This document shows, piece after piece, positions 22,821 through 37,995 of a DNA stretch of 64,000 bases. Every line of letters starts with the position of its first letter. Positions within the stretch are counted from its first letter, which is position 1. The DNA is taken from contig OZ038378.1 of NCBI GenBank assembly GCA_964036045.1, positions 86,738,001 through 86,802,000 of the forward strand, read 5' to 3'. Under the pieces are notes generated by a model. The model was given only the letters and a program-made list of their open reading frames with translations. It had not been told where the DNA came from and searched no databases. This stretch comes from Eutreptiella sp. 'Long Island Sound 2002'. Lineage: Eukaryota > Protista > Euglenida. A program made the translations under genes and the position numbers.

Positions 22821-25800
22821 CAATGCTGAAGGTGCCGGTGCCGTGCCAACATCCATGCACAACAACGCCTAGGGGCCACAGGGTGCCACCAAACATGCAC
22901 AACGCCCAACATGCCGGTGAATGGCGCACAAACACCAAGCAGAGTGCTTGAGGCGGCGGTGAAGTTCAAAGAAACACACAAGACGGTGACCGAGGTGCCG
23001 ATGAAGTCCCAACGTATACGCGGCGCACTGCTTGAGGTGCCGGCAAAGTGCAAAAAAACACCACACATAGTGCATGAGGTGCTAGTCAAGCGAGTTGCCC
23101 ATGAAGTCCAAACAAACACCAAGCACAGTGCCGGTGAAGTGAGGTACCGCTGAAGTTCAAACACACATGTAACACAGTTCTTGAGGTACCGTTGAAGTGC
23201 AAGCAGGCTTAGAGCATAGTGATAGAGGTGACAGTGAAGTGCAACAAATCACGCAGCACAATGCCTGAGGTGCCTGTGAGGTGCAAACAGACACATGGCA
23301 CTCTCCCTGAGGTGCCGATGCAGTGCAAACAAATGACCAGCGGAGTGTTTGAGATGCCGGTGAAGTGCAAAGATACACACATCACACTCTTTGGGGTGCC
23401 GATGAAGTGCAATCAAACACACCGAACACTTAATGAGGTGCCAGTGAAGTGCAAACAAACAAGCAGCATAGTACCTCTCGCACCATTGAAGTGCAAACAA
23501 ACACGTAGCACAATGCGTCGAGTGCCTGTGAAGTGCAACCGTGGTGGTGGGTTCAGCGCCAGCAAGGCACGCCCGTCCATGGCGGTTCGCCAAACACCGG
23601 CACAACGCAAAGCACACCCCGAAGAGCACTAAGAGTCGGCGCACCGCACACGCTCGGGAGGGCGGCCTGTCCGCCCCGGCCCACAGAAATTTGCGAAACC
23701 GAAACCCACCCCGAATGGCCCAGAACGGCCCAACGCACCCGACACCCGACACCCATTGGGCGGCAAGGACGACGGCAAACCAACAAAACCAACCGCGCAT
23801 TGCGTTGGCGACAACGCAACGAACCCAGCCCCAAACACGCCGAGCACAGGGAGGCCACATCAGGACACATGCAACGCCACTCAGGCCGTCCGGTAGCCGG
23901 CCCGCAACAACCCAATGAAACCCGCCGGACACATACGGGCCAAAGCCCGAACCCAAACAACTAGACCGCGCGCCGACATGGGTCTACGGCTATGGCGCAT
24001 GGGTTTACGGGGGGTTTGCCCCCCACTCCATGGCGAGAGTGGCGGAACCCGTGAATATTGCTGGCTGGGACTCGGGCTGGTTGGTGCCGTAGCTTGGTTA
24101 TCAACCCCTTGCACGGGTACCCACTAGAGGCTCACCCCGGGTTGTGGTAACTAGCTTCACCACATCTGGCCCACATACAACGCCCTGACCCCTACCCTTG
24201 ACCCGCCAGTGCCATGTTTTATGGCAATGCATTTACATAAGGATATGGTTCATCACGCCGCATTCATGTGAGAACATGCAACGAATGTTCGAAAATTGCG
24301 AGCATCTGAGGTGCCGGTGGATTGCAAACAACCACATAGGACCTTGTCTGAGGTAGCAGTGGAGTGCAAACAAGCACGCAGTGCAATGCCTCATCCGCCG
24401 GTGAGGTGCAAACAAGCACGGAGCACAATGCCTCAAGTGCGGATAAACTGAACACAAGCATGCAACGGCTGTGTATGGTGCCGTTGAAGTGCAGCCAAGA
24501 ACGCAGCACAGTGCCTACGGTGCCGCTGAAGTGTAAACAACCAGAGAGCACAATGCCGGAAGTGCCGATGAACTCCCAGCGAAAACACAACACATTGCTC
24601 AATATAATGGTGAAGTGAACACAAGCACACACCCCCGTGCCTACAGTGCCGGAGTGCACACAAACATGGAGGATAGTGCCTACGGTCCCGATTAAGTGAA
24701 CAGTAGCAGGCACCGCAGTGCTTGCAGTGCATGTGAAGTGCATACAAACGTGTTGCAGTGCCTACCGGTGCCAGTGCAGTGCAAAAAACCCCGCAACAAT
24801 ATGCCCTAGGTGCTTCTGCAGTGAACACACGCACGCACCACCGTGCCTACGGTGCCGGTGAAGTGTAAACAAACTCGCAGCATACTGCCTCAAATGCCGC
24901 CAAAGTGCAAACAACCACACAGCATAGTGCTTGAGTTTCTAGTTAACCGCAAACGAACACACATTACAGTACATATAGCGGCCAATGAAGTGCATGCAAA
25001 TATGGAGCCTAGTGCGGCAGGTGCCGCTAAAGTGTAAAGAACCACAAAGCACAATGCCGGAAGTGCCGGTGAACTCCAAGCGAACCCGCAACACAATGCT
25101 CAATGTAATGCTCAAGTGCACACAAGCACACATCACCGTGCCTACGGTGCCGAAGTGCACACAAACACAGAGCACAGTGCCTAGGGTGCCGGTGAAGTAA
25201 AAACAACCACATAGCACGGCGCCGGAAGTGCCGTTGCACTCCAAACAAACATAGAGCACAATGCCTGAGGCGCCAGTGAAGTGAACACTAGCAGGTATGA
25301 AGTATGAAGTGTATACAAACACATTGCAGTGCCTACAGGTGGTGGTGAAGTGCAAAAAACACACACAACAATGTGCCCCAGGTGCCGGTGAATTGAACAC
25401 AAGCACGCACCACCGTGCCTACGGTGCCGGTGAGGTGTAAACAAACTTGTAGCCAAGTGTGTGAGGTGCCGGTGAAGTGCAAACAACCACGCAGCATAGT
25501 GCTTGACTTCTTAGTGAAGTGCAAACAAACACACATTATAGTACCTACAGCGGCCGATGAAGTGCATGCAAACACGGAGCCGGGTGCGTCAGGTGCCAAC
25601 CATAGAGCACAATGCTGGAAGTGCCGGTCAAGTGAATACAAGCACTCACCGCTGTGCCTACGGTGCTTTTCAAGTGCAAAAAAACACGTGGCCCAGTGCC
25701 TGTGGTGTCGCTGAAGTGCAAACAATCACACAGCTCAGTGCTTGAGCTGCTGGTTAATTGTAGCCAAACATACAACACACTACCTCAGCTGCCGTTGAAG

Positions 25801-28800
25801 TGCCAAACAAACGCGCCGCACGGTGTGTGAGTGTCCCGGAAAGTGCAAACAAACACAAACTATGGGTTACGTGCTGGTGAAGTGCAAGCAAACACACAAA
25901 CCATTGCGTTAGATCTTGGTGAAGTGCAAACAAAGACACACACAGTGCCTAAGGTGCCGGTGAAGTGCAAACATACGCGCGGCATAGTGCCTGAGGAGCT
26001 CGTGAAGTGACAATCAACACACAACACAATGCCTCAAGTGCCCGTGAAGGGTCGACAAACACATAGCACAATGCCTCGCGTGCCGATGAAGTGGAAACAA
26101 AGACACGGCACATTGCCTAAGATGTCCGTGAAGTGCAAAAAAACAAGCTACACATTGCCAAAGGTGCAGTTGAATTGCACAAAGCAGGTAGCATAGAGCC
26201 TGAATTGCTCGTGAAGTCCACCTAAGCCCGCAACACAATGCCTCAAGTGCCGGTGAAGTGCCCATAAGCATTAAAGACAATGCGTGAGGTGTGGTTGCCG
26301 TGCCAACATACATGCAAAACAATGTGGCGGTGCTACATGGTGCCACCAATCATCACAGTGCATAACATGCCACTATTGGCACACAAAAATCAAGCACAAT
26401 GCTTGAGGTGCCCGTGAGGTGAAGGGGAATGTGCCGCAAAGTCGCCGAGGTGCCGTTGAAGCGAGGTGCCGTTGAGGTGCAATAAACACGGACCACAGTG
26501 CTTTAGGTGCCACGGAAGTCCGAAGCTTTGCACCCCACAGTGCTTCAAATGCCGGTGCATTGCAAGCAAGCACCCCGCACAATCTTTCGGGTGACGGTAA
26601 GGTGCAACCAAACACACAGCCCACTTCATGGGGTGCCATTGAAATGCCAACAAACACAGAGCAGAATGCTTGAGGTGCCTATGAACTGTAAACGAACACC
26701 AAGCACACTACCTAAGGTACCAGTGAAGTGCGCTGCCGCTGAAATGCGAAAAGACATGCACCACGGCACTTGAGGTGCCGTTGGAGTGCAAGCAACCAAA
26801 CTGCACGGTGCTTGAGGTGACAGTGAAATGCAACAAAACATGAACATAGTGCCTCAGGTGCCGGTGAACTGCAAACAAAGATGCAGCAAGTTTCGTTAGG
26901 TGCCGGTACTGCGCAAAGAAACACGCAACACAGTGCCGTAGATGCTGCTGAAGTGCAAAGAACAATGGTTGCGGTGACGGTGAAGTGCAAACAAACACAC
27001 AGCACACTTGGTGACGTGCCGGTGAAGTGCAAAAAACAAGCAACATAGTACCTTATGTGCCAGTGACGTGCAAGCAAACACACATCACAACATGGAATGT
27101 TTGTGAAGTGCAAACAGACATGCAGCAAGGTGGGTGAGGTGCCGGTGAAGTGCAACCAAACACACACCACGGTGTCTTAGGTGCTGGTGAAGTGCAAACA
27201 AAGACACGACATAATGGCTGAGCTGCCGGTGAAGTGCGATCAAACAACTAGCACACTGCTTGAGGTACCGTGAAGGGCAAACAAACACTCAGCATAGGAC
27301 CCTAGGATCAAGTGAAATGCCAACTAACACGCAGCAAACTGTGTTCGGTGCTAGTCAAGTGCAAACAAGGAGTCATCATAGTAAATGGGGGACTGTTGTA
27401 GTGCAAAGAATCACGCATCGCAATGCGTGAGGTGTCGTCAAGCGCAAACTACCATAGCATAGTGCCTAAGGTGCGGGTCAATTGCAATTACACATGCAGC
27501 ACGTGGCCTAAGGCGTTGATGAAGTCCAAAGAAAGCCACATCATGGTGCCGGAGGTGGCGTTGAAATGCCAACAAACACGCCGCACCCTGCATTGGGTGC
27601 CGGTGAAGTGCAAACAAGAACGCTACACCGTTCCTTAGGTGCCTGTAAAGTGGAAGCCAACACTGAGAGCAGTGCCTAAGGTCCCCGTGAAGTGTAGGCA
27701 AACACACAACATGTTGCCTGCACTGGCAATAAACTGCCAGCAAACACGCAACATAGTGCTTGAGGTGCTAGTGAGGACCTAACCAACACACATCACATTG
27801 CGGAAGGTGCCAGGGAAGTCCCAAGAACACGGAATACAGTTTCCAAGGTAGAGTGAAATGCCCACAAACAAGCGGCACCGTGTTTGGGGTGCCGTTGAAG
27901 TGCAAACCAATACGCAACTCCATGCATGAGGAGCCATTGAAGTGGAAACAAGGACGCAGCAGAGCACCTAACGTGCTGTCGAAGTGCAGGAAACACACGT
28001 CATGGTGAGTCGGGCACCGGTGAAGTGCAAATAAAGACTTGCCATAGTGCGTCGTGTGCCGGTGAAGTGCAAACAAACGGGCAGCGGAGTGCGCGAGGTG
28101 CCTTTGAAGTGCAGACAAACACGCAGCAGAGCACCTAACGTGCCGTCGAAGTGCAAGCAAACACACGTCATAGTGAGTCGGGCGCCGGTGAAGTACAAAT
28201 AAAGACGTGCCATAGTGCGTCGCGTGCCACTGCAGTGCAAACCAACCCGCAGCCGCGTGCCTAAGGTGCCGGTGATGTGCAAACAAACAGGCGGCGCAAC
28301 GCCTAAGGTGCCGATGAAGTGCAGACAAACGCGCGGCATAATGCCCGAGGGGCCGGTGAAGTGGCCATCAACACACAACACAGTGCCTCAGGTGCTCGGG
28401 AATGACATACAAACACACAACACATTGACTAAGGCCACGGTGCGGGGTCCTTGTATGGGAACCCCCCCCCCCCAAGGACCTCTCCCGCTTTACGAGCTTT
28501 GAAAGATATGAGTGTGGTCGCCTCGGTGTCAATTTTTTTGTCCCATGCTTATTTGAAGGGGCTAGCATGGCCTTGGTCCTCAAGATCCTTAAGACTTTCT
28601 TCCTAGCAAGGCTGAGAAATAGCTGTTATTGCATACATACCTCTATAACCCCATGTCCCCAGACACACACCCTTGATGTATGCATGTCCTTGTAGTGGGT
28701 CGTGAAGAGCCCTCCCCCCTCTTTTGGGACCTTTCTCCCGGCCGAGCTGCCAATATCCCCCGCCCCCACCCTCCCGCCAACACACCCCCCCCCATCCAAG

Positions 28801-31800
28801 TTGCCAACCCCCCCGGCATTTTTTCAATAGAGATATGTCGGGTTGGTCGCATCTGCAGCTATTGTAGTTGTTCCCTCGAGACTAAAGCGCCGGTGGACTA
28901 TAAAACGCAATTAGCAAAGATCCCTATTTTTCGGTGAATTGGAAAGAAGCCGGCAACACAATGCTGAAGGTGCCAGTGCCGTGCCAACATCCATGCACAA
29001 CAACGCCTAGGGGCCACAGGGTGCCACCAAACACGCACAACGCCCAACATGCCGGTGAATGGTGCACAAACACCAAGCAAAGTGCTTGAGGCAACGGTGA
29101 AGTTCAAAGAAACACACAAGACGGTGACCGAGGTGCCGATGAAGCCCCAACGTATACGCGGCGCACTGCTTGAGGTGCCGGCAAAGTGCAAAAAAACACG
29201 ACACATAGTGCATGAAGTGCTAGTCAAGCGAGGTGCCCATGAAGTCCAGTGAGGTACCGCTGAAGTTCAAACACGCATGTACCACAGTCCTTGAGGTACC
29301 GTTGAAGTGCAAGCAGGCTTAGCGCATAGTGATAGTGGTGACAGTGAAGTGCAACAAATCACGCAACACAATTCCTGAGGTGCCAGTGAGGTGCAAACAA
29401 ACACATGGCACATTCCCTGAGGTGCCGATGCAGTGCAAACAAATGACCAGCGGAGTGCTTGAGATACTAGTGAAGTGCAAAGATACACACATCACACTCT
29501 TTGGGGTGCCAATGAAGTGCAATCAAACACACCGAACACTTCATGAGGTGCCAGTGAAGTGCAAACAAACAAGCAGCATAGTACCTCAAGCACCATTGAA
29601 GTGCAAACAAACACGTAGCACAATGCGTCGAGTGCCCGTGAAGTGCAACCATGGACGCGGGTTCAGCGCCAGCAAGGCGCGCCCGTCCATGGCGGTTCGC
29701 CAAACACCGGCACAACGCAAAGCACACCCCGAAGAGCACTAAGAGTCGGCGCACCGCACACGCTCGGGAGGGCGGCCTGTCCGCCCCGGCCCACAGAAAC
29801 TTGCGAAACCGAAACCCACCCCGAATGGCCCAGAACGGCCCAACGCACCCGACACCCCACACCCATTGGGCGGCAAAGACGACGGCAAACCAACAAAACC
29901 AACCGCGCATTGCGTCGGCGACAACGCAACGAACCCAGCCCCAAACACACCGAGCACAGGGAGGCCACATCGGGACACATGCAACGCCACTCAGGCCGTC
30001 CGGTAGCCGGCCTGCAACAACCCAATGAAACCGGCCGGACACATACAGGCCAAAGCCCTAACCCAAACAACTAGACCGTGCGCCGACATGGGTCTACGGG
30101 CTATGGCGCATGGGTTAACGGGGGGGATGCCCCCCACTCCATGCGGAGGTTGGCGGAACCCGTGAATATTGCTGGCTGGGACTCGGGCTGGTTGGTGCCG
30201 TAGCTTGGTTATCAACCCCTTGCACGGGTACCCACTAGAGGCTCGCCTCGGGTTGTGGTAACTAGCTTCACCACACCTGGCCCACATACAACGCCCTGAC
30301 CCCTACCCTTGACCCGCCAGTGCCACGTTTTATGGCAATGCATTTACATAAGGATATGGTTCATCACGCCGCATTCATGTGAGAACATGCAACGAATGTT
30401 CGAAAATTGCGAGCATCTAAGGTGCCGGTGGATTGCAAACAACCACATAGGACCTTGTCTGAGGTAGCAGTGGAGTGCAAACAAGCACGCAGTGCAATGC
30501 CTCATCCGCCGGTAAGGTGCAAACAAGCACGGAGCACAATGCCTCAAGTGCGGATAAACTGAACACAAGCATGCAACAGCTGTGTATGGTGCCGTTGAAG
30601 TGCAGCCAAGAACGCAGCACAGTGCCTACGGTGCCGCTAAAGTGCAAACAACCAGAGAGCACAATGCCGGAAGTGCCGATGAACTCCCAGCGAAAACACA
30701 ACACATTGCTCAATATAACGGTGAAGTGAACACAAGCACACACCCCCGTGCCTACAGTGCCGGAGTGCACACAAACATGGAGGATAGTGCCTACGGTCCC
30801 GATTAAGTGAACAGTAGCAGGCACCGCAGTGCTTGCAGTGCATGTGAAGTGCATACAAACGTGTTGCAGTGCCGACCGGTGCCAGTGCAGTGCAAAAAAC
30901 CCCGCAACAATATGCCCTAGGTGCTTCTGCAGTGAACACACGCACGCACCACCGTGCCTACGGTGCCGGTGAAGTGTAAACAAACTCGCAGCATACTGCC
31001 TCAAATGCCGCCAAAGTGCAAACCACCACACAGCATAGTGCTTGAGTTTCTAGTTAACCGCAAACGAACACACATTACAGTACATATAACGGCCAATGAA
31101 GTGCATGCAAACATGGAGCCTAGTGCGGCAGGTGCCGCTAAAGTGTAAAGAACCACAAAGCACAATGCCGGAAGTGCCGGTGAACTCCAAGCGAACACGC
31201 AACACACTGCTCAATGTAATGCTCAAGTGCACACAACAACACACCACCGTGCCTACGGTGCCGAAGTGCACACAAACACAGAGCACAGTGCCTAGGGTGC
31301 CGGTGAAGTAAAAACAACCACATAGCACGGCGCCGGAAGTGCCGTTGCACTCCAATCAAACATAGAGCACAATGCCTGAGGCGCCAGTGAAGTGAACACT
31401 AGCAGGTATGAAGTATGAAGTGTATACAAACACATTGCAGTGCCTACAGGTGGTGGTGAAGTGCAAAAAACACACACAACAATGTGCCCCAGGTGCCGGT
31501 GAATTGAACACAAGCACGCACCACCGTGCCTACGGTGCCGTTGAGGTGTAAACAAACTTGTAGCCCGGTGCATGAGGTGCCGGTGAAGTGCAAACAACCA
31601 CGCAGCATAGTGATTGACTTCTTAGTGAAGTGCAAACAAACACACATTATAGTACCTACAGCGGCCGATGAAGTGCATGCAAACACGGAGCCGGGTGCGT
31701 CAGGTGCCAACCACAGAGCACAATGCTGGAAGTGCCGGTCAAGTGAATACAAGCACTCACCGCTGTGCCTACGGTGCTTTTCAAGTGCAAAAAAACACGT

Positions 31801-34800
31801 GGCCCAGTGCCTATGGTGTCGCTGAAGTGCAAACAATCACACAACTCAGTGCTTGAGCTGCTGGTTAATTGTAGCCAAACACACAACACACTACCTCAGC
31901 TGCCGTTGCGGTGCCAAACAAACGCGCCGCACGGTGCGTTAGTGTCCCGGAAAGTGCAAACAAACACAAACTATAGGTTACGTGCTGGTGAAGTGCAAGC
32001 AAACACACAAACCATTGCGTTAGATCTTGGTGAAGTGCAAACAAAGACACACACAGTGCCTAAGGTGCCGGTGAAGTGCAAACATACGCGCGGCATAGTG
32101 CCTGAGGAGCTCGTGAAGTGACAATCAACACACAACACAATGCCTCAAGTGCCCGTGAAGGGTCGACAAACACACAGCACAATGCCTCGCGTGCCGACGA
32201 AGTGGAAACAAAGACACGGCACATTGCCTAAGATATCCGTGAAGTGCAAAAAAAACAAGCTACACATTGCCAAAGATGCAGTTGAATTGCACAAAGCAGG
32301 TAGCATAGAGCCCGAATTGCTCGTGAAGTCCACCTAAGCCCGCAACACAATGCCTCAAGTGCCGGTGAAGTGCCCATAAGCATTAAAGACAATGCGTGAG
32401 GTGTGGTTGCCGTGCCAACATACATGCAAAACAATGTGGCGGTGCTACATGGTGCCACCAATCATCACAGTGCATAACATGCCACTATTGGCACACAAAA
32501 ATCAAGGACAATGCTTGAGGTGCCCGTGAGGTGAAGGGGAATGTGCCGCAAAGTCGCCGAGGTGCCGTTGAAGCGAGGTGCCGTTGAGGTGCAATAAACA
32601 CGGACCACAGTGCTTTAGGTGCCACGGAAGTCCGAAGCTTTGCACCCCACAGTGCTTCAAGTGCCGGTGCATTGCAAGCAAGCACCCAGCACAATCTTTC
32701 GGGTGACGGTAAGGTGCAACCAAACACACAGCCCACTTCATGGGGTGCCATTGAAATGCCAACAAACACAGAGCAGAATGCTTGAGGTGCCTATGAACTG
32801 TAAACGAACACCAAGCACACTACCTAAGGTACCAGTGAAGTGCGCTGCCGCTGAAATGCGAAAAGAGATGCACCACAGCACTTGAGGTGCCCTTGAAGTG
32901 CAAGCAACCAAACTGCACGGTGCTTGAGGTGACAGTGAAATGCAACAAAACATGAACATAGTGCCTTAGGTGCCGGTGAACTGCAAACAAAGATGCAGCA
33001 GGTTTCGTGAGGTGCCGGTGCTGCGCAAAGAAACACGCAACACAGTGCCGTAGATGCTGCTGAAGTGCAAAGAACAATGTTTGAGGTGACGGTGAAGTGC
33101 AAACAAACACACAGCACACTTGGTGACGTGCCGGTGAAGTGCAAGCAAACAAGGAACATAGTACCTTATGTGCCAGTGACGTGCAAGCAAACACACATCA
33201 CAACATGGAATGTTTGTGAAGTGCAAACAGACATGCAGCAAGGTGGGTGAGGTGCCGGTGAAGTGCAACCAAACACACACCACGGTGTCTTAGGTGCTGG
33301 TGAAGTGCAAACAAACACACGACATAATGGCTGAGCTGCCGGTGAAGTGCGATCAAACAACTAGCACACTGCCTGAGGTACCGTGAAGTGCAAACAAACA
33401 CTAAACAAAGGACCCTAGGCTCAAGTGAAATGCCAACTAACACGCAACAAACTGTGTTCGGTGCTAGTCAAGTGCAAACAGGAAGTCATCATAGTAAATG
33501 GGGGGCTGCTGTAGTGCAAAGAATCACGCATCGCAATGCGTGAGGTGTCGTCAAGCGCAAACTACCATAGCATAGTGCCTAAGGTGCGGGTCAACTGCAA
33601 TTACACATGCAGCACGTGGCCTAAGGCGTTGATTAAGTCCAAAGAAAGCCTCATCATTGTGCTGGAGGTGGCGGTGAAACGCCAACAAACACGCCGCACC
33701 CTGCATTGGGTGCCGGTGAAGTGCAAACAAACACACTACACCGTTCCTTAGGTGCCTGTAAAGTGGAAGCCAACACTGAGAGCAGTGCCTAAGGTTCCCG
33801 TGAAGTGTAGGCAAACACACAACATGGTGCCTGCACTGGCAATAAACCGCCAACAAACACGCAACATAGTGCTTGAGGTGCTAGTGAGGACCTAACCAAC
33901 ACACATCACATTTCGGAAGGTGCCAGTGAAGTCCCAAGAACACGGAATACAGTTTCCAAGGTAGAGTGAAATGCCCACAAACAAGCGGCACCGTGTTTGG
34001 GGTGCCGTTGAAGTGCAAACCAATACGCAACTCCATGCCTGAGGAGCCATTGAAGTGGAAACAAGGACGCAGCAGAGCACCTAACGTGCTGTCGAAGTGC
34101 AAGCAAACACACGTCATGGTGAGTCGGGCACCGGTGAAGTGCAAATAAAGACTTGCCATAGTGCGTCGTGTGCCGGTGAAGTGCAAACAAACGGGCAGCG
34201 GAGTGCGCGAGGTGCCTTTGAAGTGCAAACAAACACGCAGCAGAGCACCTAACGTGCCGTCGAAGTGCAAGCAAACACACGTCATAGTGAGTCGGGCGCC
34301 GGTGAAGTACAAATAAAGACGTGCCATAGTGCGTCGCGTGCCACTGAAGTGCAAACCAACCCGCAGCCGTGTGCCTAAGGTGCCGGTGACGTGCAAACAA
34401 ACAGGCGGCGCAACGCCTAAGGTGCCGATGAAGTGCAAACAAACGCGCGGCATAATGCCCGAGGGGCCGGTGAAGTGGCCATCAACACACAACATAGTGC
34501 CTCAGGTGCTCGGGAATGGCATACAAACACACAACACATTGAACAAGGCCACGGTGCAAGGTCCTTGTATGGGACCCCCCCCCCCCCCAAGGACCTCTCC
34601 CGCTTTACGAGCTTTGCAAGATATTAGTGTGGTCGCCTTGGCGCCAAATTTTTTGTCCCATGCTTATTTGAAGGGGCTACCATGGCCTTGGTCCTTAAGA
34701 TCCTTAAGACGTTCTTCCTAGCAAGGCTGAGAAATAGCTGCTATTGCAGACATACCTCTATAACCCCATGTCCCCAGACACACACCCTTGATGTATGCAT

Positions 34801-35069
34801 GTCCTTGTAGTGGGTCGTGAAGAGCCCTCCCCCCTCTTTTGGGACCTTTCTCCCGGCCGAGCTGCCAATATCCCCCGCCTCCACCCTCCCGCCAACACCC
34901 CTCCCCCCCGCCCAAGTTGCCAACCCCCCCGGCATTTTTTTGATAGAGATATGTGGAGTTGGTCGCATCCGCAGCTATTGTAGTTGTCCCCTCGAGACTA
35001 AAGCGCCGGCGGACTATAAAACGCAATTAGCATAGATCCTGATTTTTCGGTGAATTGGAAAGAAGCCGG
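22821..35069. repeat. ~6.11-kb tandem segmental duplication (22821-28953 and 28959-35069)
   Basis: Paired ORFs at near-constant offset 6110-6115 (23219/29329, 25415/31526, 27423/33536, 28680/34795). Confidence 0.95.
23546..24207. mobile_element. GC-rich non-coding insert, possible non-autonomous element (duplicate ~29657-30318)
   Basis: Interrupts the minisatellite; imperfect ends G(C/T)GGGTTCAG ... TTGACCCGC; no TSD identified. Confidence 0.35.
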
Positions 35070-37995
35070 TGAAGTGCCATGTAACACCACACATAGTCCG
35101 TGATGTGCCGGTAAAGTGACGTGCCCGTGAAGTGCGAACAAACACCAAGCACAATGCCTGAGGTGCTAGTTAAGTGATGTTACGCTGAAGTGCAAACAAA
35201 CATGCAGCGCAATGCTGGAGGTGCCGTTCAAGTGCAAGCAAGCACAAAGCAGAGTGCGTGATTTGATAGTGAAGTGCAACAAAACGGGCAGTACAGTGCC
35301 TGAGGTGCCGGTTGAGTTCAAACAAACCAACATCACATTTTGTGGGGTGCCGGTGCAATGCAAACAAAAACGCAACACAACGCCGAAGAAGTTGTTGATG
35401 CACAAAGAAACACGCAGCACAGTGCTTGAGGTTACGCCGAAGTGCAAGCAAACACACAGCACACTTGGTGAGGTTCCAGTGAAGTGCAACCAATCACGTA
35501 GCAAAATGCATCCATTGCCTGTGAAGTCAAAAAAACATGCGGCATGGTGCGTGAGGTTTCGGTGAAGTGCAACCAAACACAAGGCACGGTGTCTTAGGTG
35601 TCGGCGAATTGCAAACAAAGACACCGCACACTGCCTAAGATGGCCGTGAAGTACAAACAAACACCTAGCATAGGACCCGAGTATCAAGTGAAGTGCCAAT
35701 TAACGCGCAGCACACTGTGTTCGGTGCTTGTGAAATGCAAACCGGAGGTTGGCACAATGTGTGGGGTGCCGTTGAAGTGCAAAGAAGCACAAACCGGTGC
35801 CGTGAATGCAAACAAACACTGCAAAGTGCCTGAGGTGCTCATGAAGTGCAATTACACCTACAGCACCCGGCCTAAGGCGGCCATGAAGTGCAAGCAAACA
35901 CAAAGCGTGGTGCCGGACGTAGCGGTGAAATGCCAAAAAACACGCCGCACCATGTGTTACGTACCCGTGAAGTGCACACAACCACACTTCAATGTCCCTT
36001 AGGTGCCGGTTAAGTGGAAATCAAGACGTAGCGCAGTGCCTAACTTGCCCTTGAGGTTTAGGCCAACACACAACATGGTGCTTAAGGTGCCGGTGAACTG
36101 CAAACAAACACACATCACAGTGCATGAGGCGCCGCTGAAGTGCAAAGAAACACGCACCATTGTTCATGAGGCACAGTGACATGCCAAGCAACATGCGGCA
36201 ATATATTTGAGGTGCTGGTGAAGCGCAAACCAACGCTGAGCTCCATGCTTGAGGTGCTGCTGAGCTGGAAAAAGGGACATATCTTGTGTTTGTGGTGCCG
36301 GTCAAGTGCAATCTGACGTAGGGTGCACGGTGTTTGTTTGCATTTTAGTGCTACCTCTAGCACCATGGTGTGTGTTTGGTTCACTTCAAGACTGCCCTAG
36401 GCCACGTGCTACAGGTGTAATTGCACTTCACCGTCACCTCGGGCACTATGCTGTGCTTGTTTGCTCCTGATGATACCACACGCATTGCGTTGCGTGTTTT
36501 TTTGTTCTTCAACGGCATTCCACACACTGTGCTAACTTCTTCTTTGTAGTTTACCGGCTTCAAACATACTGTGCTGCCCGTTATTTGGCACTTCCATTGA
36601 TCTTGGGGTATTGTGCTACATGTTTGTTTGCATTTCACCTGTGCCTCAAGCAGTGTGCTGTGTCTTTGGTTGGACTTCATTGGCACCTAAGATAGCGTGC
36701 CTTGTGTTTCATTGCACTTCATTGGCACCTCACGCACTATGGTGCATGTTTGTTTGCACTTCAAAAGCCATCGACACATTGTGCTATGTGATTGTTTGCA
36801 CATCACTGTCACCTCACCAAGTGTGCTCCGTGTTTGTTTGCACTTCACCGGCACCTCCACACTTTATTGCCCATTCGCTGGCATTGCACTGTCCAATCAA
36901 GCACTGTGCTTTGTGCTTGCTTGCACTTCAACTTGCACCTCAAACACTGTGCCGCATGTTTGTTTGCACTTGAGCGGAACCTCACTTCATTGAGGAGGCC
37001 CATAGTGCCCCCTATCGTTTTAGCGACAGAAGGGGTGATGGGTGGTTCCTTGCATGTGCTACAATATCGGTGCAAATTTGCATTTCTGCATCAGGCTGGT
37101 CTCTGCGAAGGCTAGACTAGTTGTGTAAGTCATTGTACGCCCCAATATTACGCAGTTTTGATCTCGGGGCTGTGCAGAAGCCAGGTTATAATTTATCCCC
37201 TCTGTGCCAACCCCCGTTGCAACAATTGGCTGATGTATATAGTGGTCAAGTGGCCTCACGACATGGCGACGGGTAAAGTGGTATACTTTTTGTGATGCTC
37301 TAACGTAGTCAGCGTAAACATTGTCCCTGATTCGGTCGGCAGGAACAGGACCTCAAGATACGACTTCTGCATACATGACTGGTGGGCGATGAACCAAGAC
37401 ACGTGCCACACCATGCACCACATCATCTACATGGAAGTGCGAAAACCACGCCTATATTAGGACTTTCCAACAACCTGGGCTCTGCAGAGCCCCGCATTCA
37501 TATACTTGGTACTTACGGGGTGCATATTAGGGTTTCTCCTTTGGCTGGCCTCTCCCGTGCCCAGACCTTCACAATGTCTTATTTTGACCACCTGGTGACT
37601 GACATAATAGCACTATGATAGCTTGAAACTCATTCTACATGTGGTACGTTGCTGTATTTTTCTATGCCTTTCTGCTCTGTTGCTCTTGCATCGTGAATTA
37701 CAACAATCCCACCGTGGTATTGTGAAGCATCACAGTTAGCTGCTGCTGAGGAGTACTATACAACAAGCTCTAGACTGTTTGCATGCAGGTGTAGCTGGCG
37801 CTTGCTGACGTGATTTTTGTATTGTTCTGGCATGTGTGATTCTATTGGAGTTTCAGGACACATTGTTTTCAATATATCCTAATCTATTGCAGTTCTTTTT
37901 TGTGCATATTGTGTGGCGTTGTTATAATTACTATGTGGTCCTATGTCCCATACATTAAGTACATGTAACTTGCTATTTTTCTTTTTACAACAGCC

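Larger units (their letters stand above)
22821..36993. repeat. Degenerate 42-bp minisatellite field (TGAGGTGCCGGTGAAGTGCAAACAAACACACAGCACAGTGCT)
   Basis: GAAGTGCAAACAA recurs at ~42-bp spacing; non-repeat inserts at ~23546-24207, ~28434-28953 and their duplicates; orientation flips near 36320. Confidence 0.92.
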
